DNA from: a virus | Taxonomy: Duplodnaviria > Caudoviricetes | Strand: one strand, 5' to 3' | Length of the DNA: 64,000 nucleotides | IMG/VR virus record: IMGVR_UViG_3300021387_000994 | Coordinates: 32,001-96,000 of that record | In this document: positions 59,417 to 64,000 of the stretch, piece after piece | Position numbering within the stretch: position 1 is the first letter of the stretch | Layout of the letters: each line of letters begins with the position of its first letter | The notes under the pieces: model-generated | What the model was told of the DNA's origin: nothing | The model's database searches: none | Seen by the model: the letters and a program-made list of their open reading frames with translations, nothing else | Made by a program: the position numbers and the translations under genes

Positions 59417-59660
59417 TAACGTAATCATAGCAATGGAGAATCTTCACATGGACTATGCTACGATAATGAACCTTTGGATGTATGATTTTCAGAACATACT
59501 AGAAAGATATGGTAAGATGATTGAAGAAAGAAAGGAAGATGAGAAGAAACAAAATGAAGAATTTGAGAAATCTTATCCAATACCATCACCAGATAAGTAT
59601 CTGAAGGGATATGGTTCTAATTTTCCAAAGATTCCAAATATGAATAACGTAAAACTATAA
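59376..59660 (+). CDS. small partner of the hub assembly protein (possibly a +1 frameshift extension)
   Basis: Overlaps the upstream gene in the +1 frame; LH..Y..I.NL..Y....IL pattern. Confidence 0.55.
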   Translation: MFRQFQISETNFYDNVIIAMENLHMDYATIMNLWMYDFQNILERYGKMIEERKEDEKKQNEEFEKSYPIPSPDKYLKGYGSNFPKIPNMNNVKL

Positions 59661-59694
59661 AAAAAGAGAGGTGTTTAAAACACCTCTCTTTTTT
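59659..59694. terminator. bidirectional terminator
   Basis: AAAAAGAGAGGTGTTT/AAACACCTCTCTTTTT. Confidence 0.8.
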
Positions 59695-62600
59695 ATACTT
59701 TACCCAAATCATTTACATCTTTTGTCACTCTTTTCTTTTCAGAAAGTTTATCTAGTTTTTTCAAAACATTTCCAATCTTTTCACTCGTGTCAAGTTTTCC
59801 AAGATTTCTTACATTTTCTTGTGTTCCTTGATTTGGATATATATTCTCAATTTCTTCCACTATCGGTCTTGTTGTTTCATCCGGAGTCACATCACCGATA
59901 TATTCTTGTGTGTGTCTTCTGTTATCTGTAGGATAGATGTTTCCAAGTTGTGAGACATTCTGTCTTGTTGTTTCATCTTGTGTAACGTCACCGATATGTC
60001 TTTGAACAAGTGGAGTATCTTGTTGTGGATATATGTTGTCTATAACCTCCACTATCGGTCTGTTTGGGTCATTTGGCAACACATCACCCAAGTTACTTAC
60101 GTTTCTACTATTATTAACTGTCGGATAAACATTTCCAATCTGTGTAACATTTGGTACTTGTGGGTCGTTTGGTAGAACGTCACCCAAGTTTCTTACATTT
60201 ACACCCGATTGTTGATTTGGATATATATTTCCTATATTCGTTGTGTTTGGAACTTGTGGGTCGTTAGGTAGAACGTCACCAATATATCTTTGTCTTCTTG
60301 GTGTGGTAAGTGTCGGATAAACATTTCCAATCTGTGTAACATTAGGTACCTGTGGGTCGTTTGGTAATACATCTCCAATATAACCTTCTATCGGTGGAGT
60401 AGTATTTTGTGGATACACATTTCCTATATTACCGATTGGTGGAACTTGTGGGTCGTTTGGTAATACATCTCCTATATACCCTTGAATTGTTGTTCTTCTA
60501 TTTGGTGGATACACATTTCCTAAATTACCGATTGGTGGAACTTGTGGGTCGTTTGGTAATACATCATCTATTGTGCTGATTATATATGATGGATTGTCAC
60601 TCGGCAATACATCACCCAAACCAGTTACTATTCCGTTTGACATTGTTGTATTTACACCATTAACAACAACTCCACTTCCATGTTCCATAGGTACTGATTC
60701 CAAGTTGTCGTTATCATTGACATTACCTATTCGTTTTACATATCCGTTTGCAACGACAGATGTTACACCATTGAGTTGTGGAACGCCAAGATTAATTGTT
60801 GTGTTGTTTGTATCAGGAGAAGAGTTATAGTCTATTGTACCAACGGTACTTGTATTGTTGCCTGGGAAAACTATATGTTCTATTTCTTCCAAATATGAAC
60901 TATATACATTACCTCTATCTTGTCCAACTGATGCAGCCACACTTGTGGCGAGATATTTGAATAATCGTTCAAACTCTTTTCTTGACTCGGTTAAATTCTC
61001 ATTTACAGATTCAATTGCACCATGTGTTGCAATACCTTCCATATATTTGTCTTTCATTTCAACACCTCTGTTTCTATTTAACCTTAGTCTTCTATACTCT
61101 TCAAAATCGTCATTATTGACATTACCTAATGGAGACTTGTCAAAATATCCATGTTTAACAACTTCATAATTTTGTGAACCATTATCTTTTGGTGTATTTT
61201 CTAGTGGGTCGTTGATATTCACATTTCCAAGACTTGAATACTTGTTTCTTTTGGTTTTTGAAATGATTCCGAGTATATTTGGAACTTTTCTGTCATCTTT
61301 TATAGATTTTTCAAACTTGTCATTTTCATTCACATTACCTATGGATGAAACCATATAGTCTTGTACGGTTGAATTTATTCCATTAAGTTGTGGTTCGTCT
61401 ATCTGTGAATTAGAACGTTCTTTTGCTGGGTCGTTAAGATTGACGTTACCAAGTGGAGAGTTCAACATATAGTTCATCTTATTAAGCAAAGTTTCAGGAT
61501 GTTCTGATTTCTGTTGTGGAACAGTACTATGTCCGTCAAGTCCCTCCAAATCACCAGTAAATTCTATGTTGTTCTCTTGAACTTTAATTCTTCTATTGTT
61601 GTCATTGACGTTCAAAAGACCATTTAATTTTGGTTTTCTTGCATCAAATTTTTCAGAAGTCATTGTATATGCCTTTGTTCCAAGTGGATATTTTAACTCA
61701 TCAAGTTTTTTAGCATTTCTATTTGAAATACTAACCGATGGTCTATGTGGTCCTCTTGAAAGATTTCTTAGAAGATTATGTTTCATGTCTTCGAAAGGCA
61801 GATAATTTATCACACAGTCACTATAACTGAATGTGAAGTTTGTCATTCTCATATCACCACGGTCTGCATTAGAAATATTGTCGAAGATACTTCCGGTTTC
61901 TTCTGGTATAATTTCACATCCGAAGAATTTGAACTCGATTGCAGACATTGAATTGAGTGCAACTTCTACAATCTTTGGAATATTAAGTTGTCCACTTTTT
62001 CTTATTGCCCTACCCAATGATGTTGTCATCTTATAGAAGTTCCTTATGTCATGTACAAAAACAGAACAATTAAATCTTCTGAGATTGACTGGTACACGTT
62101 CTCGACGGTACTGTGCATCATATACTGCATTAAAGTATTTGTTGAACATTCCACTAACTTTTAAATCAAGTGATTCGTAGATTGTTATAGATATTTTATT
62201 ATCAATTGAACCACGAAAACTATCCTTTACACCATAATTGTTTTTGTATGCTTCGTCTAGACCGGTTATAGTCTGCATAAGATATGGGTACTCTGTTGTG
62301 AGTCTTGCCATACCACGAATAAAACCAAGCATGTCATATACGGTTTGTGGGGCATCTGGTATGGTTGTTTTGTTACTATTTTGGAATGTTTGGTCATCTT
62401 CTACTCCAGACGACACATCACCAGTATGGAGTCTTGCATCCTCACTTGCCCTTCTAGAACCATTATATTTAATTTCCTCGTCATCTTCTATGTCCGATAT
62501 TGATTCATTCACATCAATCAAATCGTTCTTTACATTTTCCAAATCCTTTTCTCTCTGTGAATATTGGTCATTCTCATATTTGGCAGTTGTCTCTCTTACT

Positions 62601-63994
62601 TTCTGTATCAACTCACGTTCTTTTGATTCAAGATTTTCAAGTTGTTTTTTATAATCTGAAAGTTTTGAAATAGTGTCTGATTCATTGACATCTACTGTTA
62701 CGGTTATTTTTATCTTTCTATATTTACCACCTTTTTTGTATGCTTCAGAACCATCGAAAGTAGACATGCTGTTATCTATTGGGAGTGCCGTATATGAACT
62801 ATAATCAGATGGTTCTTCTGTTGTTATTGTACATGATGTGACTTTTACTGTAGAGGAATCAACAGATGAAACAATAGACTGAACATTGTCTGGATTCCTG
62901 TCATATTGTGAAATTGTTGTCTGCAACATGGAATCCAACGATGAAATCGTATTGACAATATTGTTATATTGTTCCAATGAATGTGAAGACCTGTTTCCGG
63001 TTGGTTTGAGATTTATGACAGCATTGTCCATTCTGTTAAGAAGTTCTTTCAATTTATTACGGACGGCTGTTTCGAAAGTTTCTTTGTTGGCGGATGTTGA
63101 TTGGTTTTCAAGTGCTTTGATTTGTCTTCTTATTTTTGACATTTCGTCTTGAACACGTTTCAGTTCATTCTCTGCATCTTTCTTTTCGTTTTCAATCTGT
63201 CTGTGGGCAGCCTTGTTCTCTTCATTGTCTAAATATTCTTGAAGTTCAACTATTTGACCAGATAATAACGAAGCGTTTTCTTGCAAATCTTCTTTTGAAA
63301 CATAATCCGAAATCGACTTGGTTTCAGAACCGTCACCAAGTGAAAAGTGTCCACCTTTGTCTTGTGATGAACCAAAGTCCTTCACTTGTTTATCAACCAT
63401 GTAAATATACTCAGTTGCACCATATGGAAGTCCATCTACATAGACATTATGTTGCATCCCATATCCTATCTCGGAATTGTTCGGAAATTTTTCTTTGGTG
63501 AGTATGGCAGATATATCATACGAGTTGACGGAAGAACGAATCAATGCTGAATAGTTGTTTCTCAAACAGTTTTCTATTTCGTCAGCAATATTTCTGACAG
63601 AACTTCTATCGTCTGTTTTGGTTCTGCCGGATGCAATACCGTCATATTCTCCAATTGTATAGAACAAAGGAGAATTTAGTTTGTCGATGGATAATGTAAA
63701 TCCAGTAAAGATGGGGTCTTCGATGTCTGCATTTGAATTTCTGTATGAGAAATCATGTGAATACTGAGCACCCCAAAATCTTTCTCTGGCTTTATGACCA
63801 TTGGATGAAAACATAAATGTGTTGTCCAAATTTGAAAAACTCGGTCTGAAGTCTTCATCCAACATATCTCTATGTGATTCATCGAGATTTATGTTACCAT
63901 TAGGATTACTAACTGGTGATGGTTCGTCTATATTTGCTGTAGGATGAACATAAGTACCATTTTTTTGGTCATTATATTTTATATCTTCTGCCAT
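59693..63994 (-). CDS. 1433-aa virion protein with coiled coil and C-terminal GNV/GDV repeats
   Basis: Long ORF; beta-rich segments (ISITIYESLDLK, FKFFGCE); C-terminal repeats. Confidence 0.7.
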   Translation of the reverse strand: MAEDIKYNDQKNGTYVHPTANIDEPSPVSNPNGNINLDESHRDMLDEDFRPSFSNLDNTFMFSSNGHKARERFWGAQYSHDFSYRNSNADIEDPIFTGFTLSIDKLNSPLFYTIGEYDGIASGRTKTDDRSSVRNIADEIENCLRNNYSALIRSSVNSYDISAILTKEKFPNNSEIGYGMQHNVYVDGLPYGATEYIYMVDKQVKDFGSSQDKGGHFSLGDGSETKSISDYVSKEDLQENASLLSGQIVELQEYLDNEENKAAHRQIENEKKDAENELKRVQDEMSKIRRQIKALENQSTSANKETFETAVRNKLKELLNRMDNAVINLKPTGNRSSHSLEQYNNIVNTISSLDSMLQTTISQYDRNPDNVQSIVSSVDSSTVKVTSCTITTEEPSDYSSYTALPIDNSMSTFDGSEAYKKGGKYRKIKITVTVDVNESDTISKLSDYKKQLENLESKERELIQKVRETTAKYENDQYSQREKDLENVKNDLIDVNESISDIEDDEEIKYNGSRRASEDARLHTGDVSSGVEDDQTFQNSNKTTIPDAPQTVYDMLGFIRGMARLTTEYPYLMQTITGLDEAYKNNYGVKDSFRGSIDNKISITIYESLDLKVSGMFNKYFNAVYDAQYRRERVPVNLRRFNCSVFVHDIRNFYKMTTSLGRAIRKSGQLNIPKIVEVALNSMSAIEFKFFGCEIIPEETGSIFDNISNADRGDMRMTNFTFSYSDCVINYLPFEDMKHNLLRNLSRGPHRPSVSISNRNAKKLDELKYPLGTKAYTMTSEKFDARKPKLNGLLNVNDNNRRIKVQENNIEFTGDLEGLDGHSTVPQQKSEHPETLLNKMNYMLNSPLGNVNLNDPAKERSNSQIDEPQLNGINSTVQDYMVSSIGNVNENDKFEKSIKDDRKVPNILGIISKTKRNKYSSLGNVNINDPLENTPKDNGSQNYEVVKHGYFDKSPLGNVNNDDFEEYRRLRLNRNRGVEMKDKYMEGIATHGAIESVNENLTESRKEFERLFKYLATSVAASVGQDRGNVYSSYLEEIEHIVFPGNNTSTVGTIDYNSSPDTNNTTINLGVPQLNGVTSVVANGYVKRIGNVNDNDNLESVPMEHGSGVVVNGVNTTMSNGIVTGLGDVLPSDNPSYIISTIDDVLPNDPQVPPIGNLGNVYPPNRRTTIQGYIGDVLPNDPQVPPIGNIGNVYPQNTTPPIEGYIGDVLPNDPQVPNVTQIGNVYPTLTTPRRQRYIGDVLPNDPQVPNTTNIGNIYPNQQSGVNVRNLGDVLPNDPQVPNVTQIGNVYPTVNNSRNVSNLGDVLPNDPNRPIVEVIDNIYPQQDTPLVQRHIGDVTQDETTRQNVSQLGNIYPTDNRRHTQEYIGDVTPDETTRPIVEEIENIYPNQGTQENVRNLGKLDTSEKIGNVLKKLDKLSEKKRVTKDVNDLGKV
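59780..60620 (-). repeat. 96-bp (32-aa; 16-aa sub-period) coding tandem repeats GDVLPNDPQVP...GNVYP
   Basis: TGTGGGTCGT recurs every 96 bp between about 60160 and 60545. Confidence 0.9.
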
Positions 63995-64000
63995 TTTATT

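Noticed and set aside
1-64000. Stop-codon reassignment (TAG=Gln) as in Lak megaphages
   Set aside because: Long genes (980, 1153 and 1433 aa) are intact under code 11, and TAG ends several genes plausibly (18671, 20141, 28748, 54833)
1-64000. tRNA or rRNA genes
   Set aside because: No cloverleaf or rRNA-like sequence seen; intergenic gaps are short and AT-rich

Overview
AT-rich 64 kb segment of a large T4-like (jumbo/mega) phage genome, read with the standard genetic code. The host is probably Bacteroidota, based on canonical TTTG-N19-TAnnTTTG promoters on the cas genes and a DUF4494-like gene. Replication and recombination genes (gp41 helicase, UvsX/RecA, gp47, putative sliding clamp, gp43 family-B polymerase, RNase H) are interleaved with late/virion genes (gp15, gp25, gp6, gp4, tape-measure-like, gp26-like), a gp55-like late sigma factor, GroES, a ribosomal protein S1 homologue and six DNA methyltransferase genes. 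The main discovery is a compact phage-encoded hybrid CRISPR-Cas locus at 21.5-28.1 kb. It has a stand-alone Cas3, a classical (non-f) Cas6, Cas7fv-like and Cas5fv-like genes (type I-F2/I-Fv-like core), no cas8/cas1/cas2, and a 16-repeat array whose 36-nt repeat / 29-30-nt spacer geometry resembles type II-C/VI-B rather than I-F. Other notable items: (1) uvsX fractured by a natural split intein around a Vsr-like homing endonuclease; (2) a family of late genes carrying a T4-type capsid-targeting sequence, including a RimB-like protease-GNAT fusion next to RimK; (3) a methyltransferase split into two genes 10 kb apart; (4) C-terminal clamp-binding-like LF/LW tails on methyltransferases; (5) two candidate programmed frameshifts; (6) apparent GATC avoidance. 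All family assignments are from motif recognition by eye; no database searches were run.
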